NCBI GenBank assembly: GCA_903867985.1
Contig: CAIPTO010000029.1
Span: 65-64,064, forward strand
Direction: 5' to 3'
DNA: 64,000 nt
From: an uncultured Elusimicrobia bacterium
GTDB lineage: Bacteria; Elusimicrobiota; Elusimicrobia; Elusimicrobiales; UBA9959
The notes below the pieces were generated by a model. It was given only the letters and a program-made list of their open reading frames with translations, did no database searches and was not told the DNA's origin. Below are positions 1 to 8,426 of this stretch, in pieces. Numbering within the stretch: position 1 is the first letter of the stretch; each line of letters starts with the position of its first letter. The position numbers and the translations under genes are program-made.

Positions 1-102
1 CTTGCTTGCAACAAGAATCATAAAACATTGATTGGAAAAAGTGTAATTCCTATATATAAAAAACCCTTCGACATACTTGCCGAAGGGTCTTCTAGTCTAA
101 AT

Positions 103-131
103 TGGCTCCCCGGGGTAAGATTCGAACCAGC
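103..131 (-). other. tRNA 3'-end-like fragment (T-loop, acceptor 3' strand and CCA) with no 5' half
   Basis: The minus strand reads GCTGGTTCGAATCTTACCCCGGGGAGCCA. It resembles the 3' end of tRNA-Gln at 1687-1708, but there is no matching acceptor 5' strand within 100 nt. Confidence 0.4.
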
Positions 132-227
132 TCTTAAAACTTAGGAAGGAAGAATCATCTCTTTTGAGGGATAATGTTTTTTTAGGCTGTGAACCAGATT
201 TTGTTTTCAGGGGACTTTGTCTGACAC

Positions 228-256
228 TTGACTTAACGGCTGTTTAATGGCATAAT
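228..256 (+). promoter_or_regulatory. Putative sigma70-type promoter of fic (TTGACT-N17-CATAAT)
   Basis: TTGACT lies at 228-233 and CATAAT at 251-256, separated by a 17-nt spacer. This would give a nearly leaderless mRNA (ATG at 268), consistent with the absent SD. Confidence 0.35.
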
Positions 257-267
257 AATGGCATAGG

Positions 268-1371
268 ATGGCCATCAATATGCCGATAAAATTTAAACCA
301 AGATACCAGATAACCAATAAAATCGCTTCGGCATTAATAAAGCTGGAAGGTCTAAAGGAGCGTATTAAATACCTGCCGATGACGCCTTCCGTCCTCGCCC
401 ACCTCAGGGAGACTGCAAAACTGTTTTCAACGCATTACTCGACTAAAATTGAAGGTAACAGACTATCGGAAAAAGATGTGGAAGGCGTCCTGACCCAACA
501 CCGACACGTTCCAGGCAGGGAACGGGATGAGAATGAAGTTAAGGGATATTATAAGGCTTTAGAAGAAGTAGAGCGGCTGGCAACGGAAAAGATCGTAATA
601 ACGGAAAAACAAATCCAGACTATTCATGCCAATGTGATGCGTGCAGGCAGAAGCGCTACGGTTCCAACGCCGTATCGCGATGGTCAGAATGTAATAAAAG
701 ACAGTACTACCGGCAGAATCGTCTATATGCCGCCTGAGGCCAAGGACGTCCCGGCGTTAATGACGGCTTTGGTAAGTTGGCTCACCACTATGGATGGCGA
801 GATCCCCGCCCCTATTCGCGCTGCTATCGCTCATTATCAATTCGCCACAATTCATCCATACTACGATGGCAACGGCAGAACGGCCCGCCTTTTGACTACA
901 CTGATCCTTCATGTCGGCGGTTACGATCTAAAAGGCATTTATTCGCTGGAAGAGTACTATGCGCGGAATTTACAGGCGTACTATGATGCTCTTACCGTTG
1001 GTCCTTCGCATAATTACTATATGGGACGGGAGAAGGCGGATATTACAGGTTGGCTCGAATACTTTATTAAAGGAATGGTAGATGCTTTTGAGAAAGTTCA
1101 GGTCCAGGCCAAAGCGGCGGGAGACAACGCCGAGTATGACGCATCACCAATGTTGCGTCAGTTGGGCCCGCGTCAGAGGAAAGCATTGACACTTTTCGTG
1201 CGCCAGGAATTGATCGCCAGCATAGATATCGCCAAGCTTTTCAATTTCGCGCCCCGGACCGCCCGGGCGCTTCTCGGCCAGTGGGTAAAAAATGGTTTCC
1301 TTGTTGTCGCCGATCCCTCCAAGAAAGCGCGAAAATACAAACTGGCGAAAAAGTTTTCAAGTTTGTTTTAG
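268..1371 (+). CDS. fic: Fic family protein (class II, intramolecular inhibitory helix)
   Basis: The Fic motif HPYYDGNGRTARLL matches HxFx[DE]GNGRxxR. The N-terminal STKIEGN matches the [ST]xxxE[GN] inhibitory motif. The C-terminus looks like a wHTH domain. Confidence 0.85.
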   Translation: MAINMPIKFKPRYQITNKIASALIKLEGLKERIKYLPMTPSVLAHLRETAKLFSTHYSTKIEGNRLSEKDVEGVLTQHRHVPGRERDENEVKGYYKALEEVERLATEKIVITEKQIQTIHANVMRAGRSATVPTPYRDGQNVIKDSTTGRIVYMPPEAKDVPALMTALVSWLTTMDGEIPAPIRAAIAHYQFATIHPYYDGNGRTARLLTTLILHVGGYDLKGIYSLEEYYARNLQAYYDALTVGPSHNYYMGREKADITGWLEYFIKGMVDAFEKVQVQAKAAGDNAEYDASPMLRQLGPRQRKALTLFVRQELIASIDIAKLFNFAPRTARALLGQWVKNGFLVVADPSKKARKYKLAKKFSSLF

Positions 1372-1650
1372 ATCCCAAAATATAAGAACTTGCGGTTAAC
1401 CTTAACCGCCGTCAGTCTGAGCCATTAAAAAGTAAATGGTAAGGGACGCTGATGACTAAATGACTATTTACTAACAACTTGCTTTACAGTCAGCAAATGA
1501 ACTTCTGAAAGAGGCCCTTGCGGGCCTGGACTAGGATGTGCGCTACGCGCAGCTTCGTTCCTGCAACGCGAGATGTAAAGTCGCTCCCGAACCTTGCAAA
1601 ACCCTCCGGGTTTCGCGAGGTCCGACTGCGGAGTCCCGGAGTTTGCCAAT

Positions 1651-1674
1651 AAAAAACCCCCGGGTGGGGGTTTT
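1651..1674. terminator. Bidirectional intrinsic terminator
   Basis: The sequence AAAAAA-CCCCCGGGTGGGGG-TTTT lies directly 3' of tRNA-Gln on the minus strand and downstream of fic on the plus strand. Confidence 0.7.
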
Positions 1675-1686
1675 AAAATTAGCAAA

Positions 1687-1757
1687 CTCCGGGACTAGGA
1701 TTCGAACCTAGACAAAGAGATTCAGAGTCTCTCGTGCTACCGTTACACTATCCCGGA
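1687..1757 (-). tRNA. tRNA-Gln (anticodon CTG)
   Basis: A manual cloverleaf fits: acceptor TCCGGGA/TCCCGGA, anticodon stem AGAGA/TCTCT, loop CTCTGAA, T arm CTAGG-TTCGAAT-CCTAG. CCA is not encoded. Confidence 0.9.
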
Positions 1758-1798
1758 ATAAATATTTTCTGCCGACTGCTTTTGCGGAATGTTTTACT

Positions 1799-1828
1799 AT
1801 TATATATTTTAAAGCGGCGTTTTGACAA
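1799..1828 (-). promoter_or_regulatory. Putative promoter for tRNA-Gln (TTGTCA-N18-TATAAT)
   Basis: On the minus strand, TTGTCA (1828-1823) and TATAAT (1804-1799) lie about 45 nt upstream of the tRNA 5' end. Confidence 0.4.
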
Positions 1829-1887
1829 AGGAAAGGGATAAATATGCGTTCATCAGGGTCGCAGAGTCCGGGGATATGGGCGCGTTT

Positions 1888-2607
1888 TTATCTAGTGGAT
1901 CCGACCGGAGCCCGCAGAAGATAACCGCGCAGGGTGTTCATGTCGGCCTGGAAGGCCGCGCTTTTCAGGTATAGGGGGTAAATCGTGTCAGCCAGTTTTT
2001 TGCCGGCCTCTATATCCGTGGGATGGTGAACGCCGCCGATGACGCGGTATAATGCCACCTCGTCCGCGCGCGTCATGAACTCCGACATGTGCTCCGGAGC
2101 CAGGTCAGACAGTATAAGCGCGTATATTCTGGAAATAGTGGCGTGTCCGCTCGGATAGGCCAGACCGCCTATTCTTCCCAGGCAGGGTTCCAGGCTGCTG
2201 TCGCGATTAAACGGGCGCGGCCGCTTGAATTTGTTTTTGACGATTCGCGCTATATCGTCGGTTTCAGTTTTTACGCGCTTGAGTACTGCGGCGGCCGCAA
2301 CCGGCAACGGTTCGGGAAAAGGGTTTATTTTATCGAATAATACGGAATAATCGGCGTTGGCCTCGGCATTAGCTCTGGCGCATTGCGCGTCAGTTCTCTT
2401 TTCCTGCCATTCATGCAGCGTAGCCAGATCCGCTATATCTATTTCGGAACCGGCAGCCGGGGGCGGGGGGAGTTCAAGTAATTGCTGCTGTTGGCCGGTG
2501 AGATAATAATGTGAGCGTTTTATTTCCCATTTTTGGGCGGAGTACGAGGTCTGGACGCATAAGGAGCCGGCCAATGCCAATGCGAGTAGATATCGTTTTT
2601 TCCACAT
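1888..2607 (-). CDS. PAP2-family (class A) acid phosphatase, secreted
   Basis: Motifs KRPRPF, PSGH and GGVHHPTD are present. I moved the start to MWKKRYLLALALAG (signal peptide) because the longer ORF overlaps tRNA-Pro. Confidence 0.8.
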   Translation of the reverse strand: MWKKRYLLALALAGSLCVQTSYSAQKWEIKRSHYYLTGQQQQLLELPPPPAAGSEIDIADLATLHEWQEKRTDAQCARANAEANADYSVLFDKINPFPEPLPVAAAAVLKRVKTETDDIARIVKNKFKRPRPFNRDSSLEPCLGRIGGLAYPSGHATISRIYALILSDLAPEHMSEFMTRADEVALYRVIGGVHHPTDIEAGKKLADTIYPLYLKSAAFQADMNTLRGYLLRAPVGSTR

Positions 2608-2641
2608 AAGGCGGTTCCGGATGAAAATTGTAGTCTTGATA

Positions 2642-2713
2642 TCGGGGCACCAGGGATCGAACCTGGAATTCATGCTCCCAAAGCACGCGTGAGAACCATT
2701 TCACTATGCCCCG
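2642..2713 (-). tRNA. tRNA-Pro (anticodon TGG)
   Basis: A manual cloverleaf fits: acceptor CGGGGCA/TGCCCCG, anticodon stem CGTGC/GCATG, loop TTTGGGA, T arm CCAGG-TTCGATC-CCTGG. Confidence 0.9.
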
Positions 2714-2841
2714 TCTGTCGCGCCCCTTACTTTGATGGCAAGAGGTTTTTCTACTTAAATGATATTCTACTAAAATAGAACGCCTGGCTGGCTGTGTTTT
2801 AAACGATTTAAACGGACGCTTGTTTCAGGCATGTGCCGGTT

Positions 2842-3519
2842 TTAGACTATTTTACCGTCCCGAATCTCCACGATCCTGTCGGCGGCTTTGGCCAGGTCCA
2901 GGTTGTGCGTGACCATTATCACTGTTATCCCTCCCGAGGCCAGGGAGCGCAGGATCTCCTTTATTTCGTCGGCGCGTTTTGAATCAAGGTTCCCGGTAGG
3001 CTCGTCGGCCAGAAGGATCTTGGGGGAGTTTATCAGCGCGCGGGCTATTGCCACCCGCTGCATCTCTCCGCCTGAAAGTTCGGCGGGAAAATGGCCAGCG
3101 CGGTTCTCGATCCCCAGTTGTTTAAGGACTTCCTTCGGCGTTTTGCACACTTCGCAGTTCCGGTAAAATGCCGAAGGCAGCATTATATTCTCAAGCACCG
3201 TAAGCGTGGGAATAAGATAGAACTTCTGGAAAATATAGCCGAAGTTCCTGCGCCGTATCCCGGTCAATTTCTTTTCCGAGAGCTCATTTTTACCGCCGAA
3301 TATCTCCTCTCCTCCCACGGAGAGCGTGCCCTCGCTCGGGTTATCCAGGCAGCCGAGGATATTCAGCAGAGTGGTCTTTCCGGAGCCTGACGGGCCTATG
3401 ATAGCCGTCATTTGCCCCGGGGCCGCGTCAAAGTTTATTCCGTCGACGGCATGGACATCTTCCGAGCCGCGGTGATATATTTTTTTAAGTCCGTTCGCGG
3501 AAATAATGTTCTTCATCAC
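2842..3519 (-). CDS. ABC transporter ATP-binding protein (MacB/LolD/FtsE-like)
   Basis: Walker A GPSGSGKTT, signature LSGGEMQRVAIARAL and Walker B LLADEPTGNLD are present. There is a 4-nt overlap with the upstream permease gene. Confidence 0.9.
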   Translation of the reverse strand: MMKNIISANGLKKIYHRGSEDVHAVDGINFDAAPGQMTAIIGPSGSGKTTLLNILGCLDNPSEGTLSVGGEEIFGGKNELSEKKLTGIRRRNFGYIFQKFYLIPTLTVLENIMLPSAFYRNCEVCKTPKEVLKQLGIENRAGHFPAELSGGEMQRVAIARALINSPKILLADEPTGNLDSKRADEIKEILRSLASGGITVIMVTHNLDLAKAADRIVEIRDGKIV

Positions 3520-4703
3520 TCCCCCTCGCTGCGAATGGCTTCAAGCGGGCGCACGTGCGCGGCCCGCCAGGCCGGGTATATTCCGCTGAGCAGTCCGCCG
3601 ACCACTATCAGCCCGAAGGCCCCGGCGGCAATATTAAAGTCCAGGGCTATCATATCGCCATTGGGGGTGTAAGGCAGGAAATGCCTTACAGCCGCCTCCG
3701 CCGCCCGCGCGGTAGCAAGTGAAAGCGCTATGCCGGCCATTCCTCCTATCGAGCAGAGGATGGCCGTTTCAGCCCATATCATCCTGAAAATATCCATCGG
3801 CATGGCGCCCATGCTTTTTAGTATGCCTATCTCGCCGTAGCGCTCCATTACAGACATAAGGATAGTATTTACAACGCCGGCCATCGCTATTATTACGGCG
3901 ATAAAAGCTATAGCGAAGACTATCACCTTCGCGCTGGTCACCAGGCTCATGATTGTGCTTTTTACCTGCGCCATTGAAACCACCTGCACGTCGGGCAGAT
4001 CATAAAGACGGTTCTCGAAAGCGTCCATATCCGCGCCTTTTTTTACTTTGATGCCGAGGCCTGTCAGCTTGCCCTGCTTTGAGAATATCTTCTGCACAGC
4101 GCTTATAGGGAGGAATATGGTGCCGTCGTCCTGGGTGCCGGAGCGTTTCAATACGCCCACCACTTTAATTTCGGTATTCAGGCCTGGGATAAGCAATTTA
4201 TCGCCTATCTCTCTCTGTTCAAGTTCTGCCGCTTCATAGCCCATGACCGCCTCATAGGCGTTATTATCAGTGAACCAGCCGCCCTGTTTAAACTCAAGAT
4301 AGCCTTTCATTTTGGGGTAAGTCTGAGCGTCCACGCCCAGGTAGGCCGCGATGGCGCCGTTCTCGCCCTTGTTCGGGTCAAAGACGCCCTGCATAAGCAT
4401 GCGCGTTACTCCTTCAACTTCCGGGTTGGAGGTAACGGTTTTTACCACGTCTTCCAGCATGTAGCGTAGGCCCGTGCCGCCTTTGAGCATCAGCGTGGCC
4501 GCCTCGTAGGGACAGCCCTTTGCCGTCAGCAGGACCTGGAAGCCCATATTGTCTATGTCGCGGTTCAGGCCGTTCTCATAGCCCCGGTTAAAGCCGAGCA
4601 GGGTTGCCAGCACCCAGGCCGAAAGCGCGATGCCGGCGGCGGTGAGGGCCGTGCGGGTCTTTTTGCGCAGCAGATTCTTGTAAGCCACTGAGTATATGTT
4701 CAT
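3516..4703 (-). CDS. ABC transporter permease, FtsX/MacB-type
   Basis: It has an N-terminal TM helix, a large periplasmic domain and a C-terminal 3-TM FtsX-like block. It is translationally coupled on both sides. Confidence 0.8.
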   Translation of the reverse strand: MNIYSVAYKNLLRKKTRTALTAAGIALSAWVLATLLGFNRGYENGLNRDIDNMGFQVLLTAKGCPYEAATLMLKGGTGLRYMLEDVVKTVTSNPEVEGVTRMLMQGVFDPNKGENGAIAAYLGVDAQTYPKMKGYLEFKQGGWFTDNNAYEAVMGYEAAELEQREIGDKLLIPGLNTEIKVVGVLKRSGTQDDGTIFLPISAVQKIFSKQGKLTGLGIKVKKGADMDAFENRLYDLPDVQVVSMAQVKSTIMSLVTSAKVIVFAIAFIAVIIAMAGVVNTILMSVMERYGEIGILKSMGAMPMDIFRMIWAETAILCSIGGMAGIALSLATARAAEAAVRHFLPYTPNGDMIALDFNIAAGAFGLIVVGGLLSGIYPAWRAAHVRPLEAIRSEGE

Positions 4704-5320
4704 TTTACCGCCTTTGAGAACAAAAATTCATCCATGAGTATAAGATTCTTTTTCACTGATCTAAGAACGTTGCGAAAATCATTTTCCGCGGCCATTGAGG
4801 GGCTTTTCAACCTGGAGATGGGGCTTGTATCGGGGGCTTTGCCTGTCACCGGATCGTAATCCGTAAAATCTTTCAATGATAGCCCGGTAAATTGCGCGCC
4901 GAACTCTTTTGAACGCAGTTCGCGGGCCGCCCTTGAGGTCAGTTTTTGTATGTAGAACGCCTTAATTTTCGCGTCCGTTCCTATGGAAAGAAAAACCTGG
5001 ATGCCTCCGTAATCGCCTTTCTGATTCACGCCGTGTATATAGCCGATCTTTTCTTTTCCTTTATAGATCTCGTACAGTGTGTAAGGGACGTCTATGGTCT
5101 CGTAAAGGCCCTTGAATTTATCGCCTAGCCTGTTTTCGATGCGGGAGAGCAACTTTTCTCCGCCCGCCGTCTTGACCGAGAGATACTGGGTTTTATAGCC
5201 GGTGGAGGAGGGGAAAAGGCGCGCAACATCCCGGTCCGGGTCGTTCAGGTCGCAGCCGACGGCTCCAAAAGCCGGACCGGAAAACAAAGTGCATAGAAAT
5301 AAAAGGATAAGTTTTTTCAT
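4700..5320 (-). CDS. Putative lipoprotein, possibly FMN-binding-domain-like
   Basis: A signal peptide is followed by Cys (FGAVGC). GDYGGIQVFLSIGTDAKIKAFYI resembles the FMN_bind core, but this is a weak call made from memory. Confidence 0.45.
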   Translation of the reverse strand: MKKLILLFLCTLFSGPAFGAVGCDLNDPDRDVARLFPSSTGYKTQYLSVKTAGGEKLLSRIENRLGDKFKGLYETIDVPYTLYEIYKGKEKIGYIHGVNQKGDYGGIQVFLSIGTDAKIKAFYIQKLTSRAARELRSKEFGAQFTGLSLKDFTDYDPVTGKAPDTSPISRLKSPSMAAENDFRNVLRSVKKNLILMDEFLFSKAVK

Positions 5321-6285
5321 ATTTTTATGTAATAGTACATCTGCGTGATCAGTCGCTTGTCGGCGCCCAGGTCCGCGTATTCAAACATTGTTCTGAAGGA
5401 CAGGTCCGAGGTCGCCGCGTAAGATAATCCCGAAGCGAGGAAATAATCCCGGACCCCGCCCGTTTTTGCGGCCACCGTCTGAAATTCAAGTTTCAGGCGG
5501 TTCTCCTCCATCAGGTTTACGCTTAATCGGCCTAGAGCGGCATAAATATTTTCGCCGTCCTTCTGCCCCAGCCGCATATCACCGCGGAGTTCGAATCTAT
5601 CCCAGAGATAAACGAGGTCAGTGCCGGTGACATTGTAGGTGCGGGGGTGCCGGTCCTCGATATGATAGCCCATTACGGCCGGGATCTTTCCGCCGGAGTA
5701 ATACAGGCCGGCGTTATAATTATCCCTGGCCGGCACACCGGCGGAAATCCGAACAGAGGCCAGGTAGTTGCCATTCAGTAAAAGAGGCATACCGCTGCCA
5801 GTGGTAAAGGAAAAAGCGGCGTCGCCCCAGGCGAAATCCCTTGAAGCGCCCGCGCCCCAGTCGCGGTCAAAGCCAGCGCCGTACATCTGCAGCGTTTGCA
5901 TAAGCGCCGCGTGCGTGTCGAAATATGATTCAAGCCCCATCGCTATTCTGTTATGCCCCGCCCAAAAATAGCCGAATGGGGCCCTTGCGCGGAAGTAGCC
6001 GTTATAAAGCTGGGGCTGTAAATGCGATCGGGCGTCCGGGTCCCAGGCCATCCGGCTTTCTACTGCCAGGGTTCCCCAGTCGCCCGAGTCGGACGAAAAT
6101 TTCCGTATGTAGTCCACCCCTGCCGAGGTTTTTTGCATCACATCGTCCCGGCCGGCTGAATGATATATCCGATCACACGCGCGGGAAGAGTAACCGGCCA
6201 CTCCCTGGCCTTCCAGATATAAAAGGCTCGACTCCGCCATCGCGGCGGCGGGGAGAAGCGCTAAGATGGCCAGAGTCTTAAACAT
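5317..6285 (-). CDS. Putative outer-membrane beta-barrel protein
   Basis: Signal peptide MFKTLAILALLPAAAMA is followed by alternating aromatic/Gly-rich beta-strand-like sequence. The ATG at 6285 overlaps the upstream stop (ATGTTTAA). Confidence 0.5.
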   Translation of the reverse strand: MFKTLAILALLPAAAMAESSLLYLEGQGVAGYSSRACDRIYHSAGRDDVMQKTSAGVDYIRKFSSDSGDWGTLAVESRMAWDPDARSHLQPQLYNGYFRARAPFGYFWAGHNRIAMGLESYFDTHAALMQTLQMYGAGFDRDWGAGASRDFAWGDAAFSFTTGSGMPLLLNGNYLASVRISAGVPARDNYNAGLYYSGGKIPAVMGYHIEDRHPRTYNVTGTDLVYLWDRFELRGDMRLGQKDGENIYAALGRLSVNLMEENRLKLEFQTVAAKTGGVRDYFLASGLSYAATSDLSFRTMFEYADLGADKRLITQMYYYIKI

Positions 6286-6739
6286 CAATATCAACTTTAC
6301 CCGCGAAAATTTCCCTTCCGCCGTCTTTTATCCTGATTATCAGTTCCCACTCTCCGGTCATAACCACATTCACCGGCAGCAGGTAATCGCCTCTCCTGTT
6401 AAGTTGAAACTTGACCGGCCCCGAATCGTGGGCGCGCATGGACGGCATGCCGAACTCGCCGGTTATTTCATAAGATGATTTCTGTTTCTTGTCGCCGGAA
6501 TAAGTCTGCAGCTTAACGATGGTCGTGCCTAACTGCGGCGTTTTATTGAATTTCCAGGTGAACCAGCAGCCGCCGGGAAGCGCGTTCTTTTTCCCTTCCG
6601 GTGCGAGCGCGACCGGTTTAAGGGCTGCCGCGGCTTTGGCGGGCTTGATTTGCGCTTTAACCGCCGGTTTATCTCCGCCCCATGTGACAGCCGGCATAGC
6701 CAGCGCTACAGCCAGAATAAACACGTTTATTTTTTTCAT
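6278..6739 (-). CDS. Secreted YtkA/FixH-like domain protein
   Basis: It has a signal peptide. The C-terminal Ig-like segment carries a Met/His patch (GMPSMRAH) that resembles YtkA-like domains. This is a low-specificity call. Confidence 0.4.
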   Translation of the reverse strand: MKKINVFILAVALAMPAVTWGGDKPAVKAQIKPAKAAAALKPVALAPEGKKNALPGGCWFTWKFNKTPQLGTTIVKLQTYSGDKKQKSSYEITGEFGMPSMRAHDSGPVKFQLNRRGDYLLPVNVVMTGEWELIIRIKDGGREIFAGKVDIDV

Positions 6740-6769
6740 GATCCCCTCTCTCAGAGTTGCTTCACCGAG

Positions 6770-6797
6770 ATTATATCAAACAATGGTGAGTTGTCAA
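6770..6797 (-). promoter_or_regulatory. Consensus promoter of the five-gene envelope operon (TTGACA-N16-TATAAT)
   Basis: On the minus strand, TTGACA (6797-6792) and TATAAT (6775-6770) precede an SD (GAGGGGA) and the ATG at 6739. Confidence 0.6.
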
Positions 6798-6815
6798 ATT
6801 ACGGCCGGCAGCCGG

Positions 6816-7838
6816 TTATTGATCGAACCACTTTGCGGCCTCCTGTTTGATGTCGGGGGGGAGGAAAGAAGCTTTGAGGGCACATTTGTTCGTGTAGGCA
6901 AGGTCGGCCATCGAGAGGCCTATTTTATCAACGGCCAGGCCGTATTCCTTGTTAAGGTCGGTGTCCAGTATCTCAGGGTCGTCGGCGCCTATTGAGACGC
7001 TCAGGTCCGCCGCGATGAATTTTTTCAGCGGATGGTCCTCCAGCCTTTCCACGGCGCGGGTGAGATAGTTGCTGTAAGGGTTGGACTCTATGGTGATGCC
7101 GTTCTCTTTTATCAATTCAAGGGTTTTGCCTGAAGGATCTTCTATGGCCTTAACCCCGTGGCCTATGCGCCGCGGGTTAAGAAATTTTATGACATCAAGG
7201 ACCTGGCTGAATTTACCGTCCTCGCCCGAATGCACGGTTAGTGGGATCCCTGCCTCATGGAGTTTTTTAACCGCTCCGGCGTAAAGGGAGGCCGGATAGT
7301 TTATTTCGTCGTCGGCGAAATCGAAACCGGCGATAATGCTTTTGTTCTGCACCGCGAAATCTATCGTTTTAAGCACCGAATCCATGCCATAAGATCTTGA
7401 GGCTATGATTATTACGCCGGTGAAAATTGGATATTTCTTCTGAAAAGACCTGGTTGTGGCAAGTATGACCTCCAAAGTCTTCTGCCAATCCAGATCTTTG
7501 CCTTTCAGCATGAAATCGGGGCTGTACCTGAGTTCTAAAAGCCGGATGTTCTCTTTTTTGTGCGCGTCCTCCAGAGCCTGGCGCGTTATTTCCTCAACCG
7601 CTCCGTAAGATACAAATACAGATTGCGCTATTTCGAACATCCCAAGGACTTCCGCCAGAGACCCCATGGGGCCGCTGAGCTTGGCTATTTTAGACAGTTC
7701 ATCCTCATAAAAAGTGGGGAGCTTGATGTTATGTCTTAGAGCGGTCCTTATTATGGTGGGGATGCGCACGCAGCCCTCAAGATGCCGGTGCAGTTCCACC
7801 TTTGGCATTGATTTGATGGCGATATCCTGCTCTATCAT
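6816..7838 (-). CDS. add: Adenosine deaminase family protein
   Basis: VELHRHLEGC matches the HxHLxG metal motif. HSGEDG and GHG motifs are present, and the length is typical. Confidence 0.85.
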   Translation of the reverse strand: MIEQDIAIKSMPKVELHRHLEGCVRIPTIIRTALRHNIKLPTFYEDELSKIAKLSGPMGSLAEVLGMFEIAQSVFVSYGAVEEITRQALEDAHKKENIRLLELRYSPDFMLKGKDLDWQKTLEVILATTRSFQKKYPIFTGVIIIASRSYGMDSVLKTIDFAVQNKSIIAGFDFADDEINYPASLYAGAVKKLHEAGIPLTVHSGEDGKFSQVLDVIKFLNPRRIGHGVKAIEDPSGKTLELIKENGITIESNPYSNYLTRAVERLEDHPLKKFIAADLSVSIGADDPEILDTDLNKEYGLAVDKIGLSMADLAYTNKCALKASFLPPDIKQEAAKWFDQ

Positions 7839-8254
7839 TTGTTCAACACCCCTGAATCTATCAGATAAAAAATGGCTAGGCCTATAATTGTCAGCCAGAT
7901 AATCCAGGCGGAAGAAGATGGGTGTATTGCTCCGGATTCCGGGAGGTCTGGGCCGGTTTCAGGTTCGTTTTCGGGTTCAGCGGATGGGGTGTCCGCATCC
8001 GCCGGTATTACCGCGCGTGGTTTAGGCGGCGGGGAGACTTTGACAAGGAATTTTAACAGCGCGACCAGGCTGGGCGAGGCCTGGAATTGAAGATTCCCGC
8101 GCTCAGTTGTTGTTGAGGCTTCGGGCGTTTCCTTGCCGGTTGCAGTGATGTCAGATTTTGTTTTTATTCTGTCGCGAAAAGTTTCCAGCGCGTCTTCAAC
8201 GGTATGATCTTGCTTGCCGGGTGTAATTGGTTTTTTAGTTTCTTCGTGTTTCAT
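7835..8254 (-). CDS. Hypothetical C-terminally membrane-anchored Pro/Glu-rich protein
   Basis: The ORF has a C-terminal TM helix (WIIWLTIIGLAIFYLI) and overlaps add by ATGA. The start is uncertain: ATG at 8254, or the longer form starting at 8362. Confidence 0.4.
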   Translation of the reverse strand: MKHEETKKPITPGKQDHTVEDALETFRDRIKTKSDITATGKETPEASTTTERGNLQFQASPSLVALLKFLVKVSPPPKPRAVIPADADTPSAEPENEPETGPDLPESGAIHPSSSAWIIWLTIIGLAIFYLIDSGVLNK

Positions 8255-8309
8255 GAATGAAGCCTCAACACATAGTTTATCTATAAAACCCGCCGCCTGT
8301 AAACCCAAA

Positions 8310-8338
8310 TTGATAACCGCGCTTTGGTGTGCTATAAT
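8310..8338 (+). promoter_or_regulatory. Putative promoter (TTGATA-N17-TATAAT)
   Basis: TTGATA lies at 8310-8315 and TATAAT at 8333-8338, upstream of the secreted-protein gene. Confidence 0.5.
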
Positions 8339-8426
8339 TTTGTCTGGACAGAGGGGCAACATTTTATATCAAGTGCCGTAACAAATGCTTGTGCTCCAAA
8401 GAGCAAGAGCCGCAGATTCAAGGCGT

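Noticed and set aside
1888-2673. The full-length 261-aa ORF for the PAP2 phosphatase, as given by the track.
   Set aside because: Its first 22 codons overlap tRNA-Pro (2642-2713) on the same strand. The internal Met at 2607 begins a typical signal peptide.
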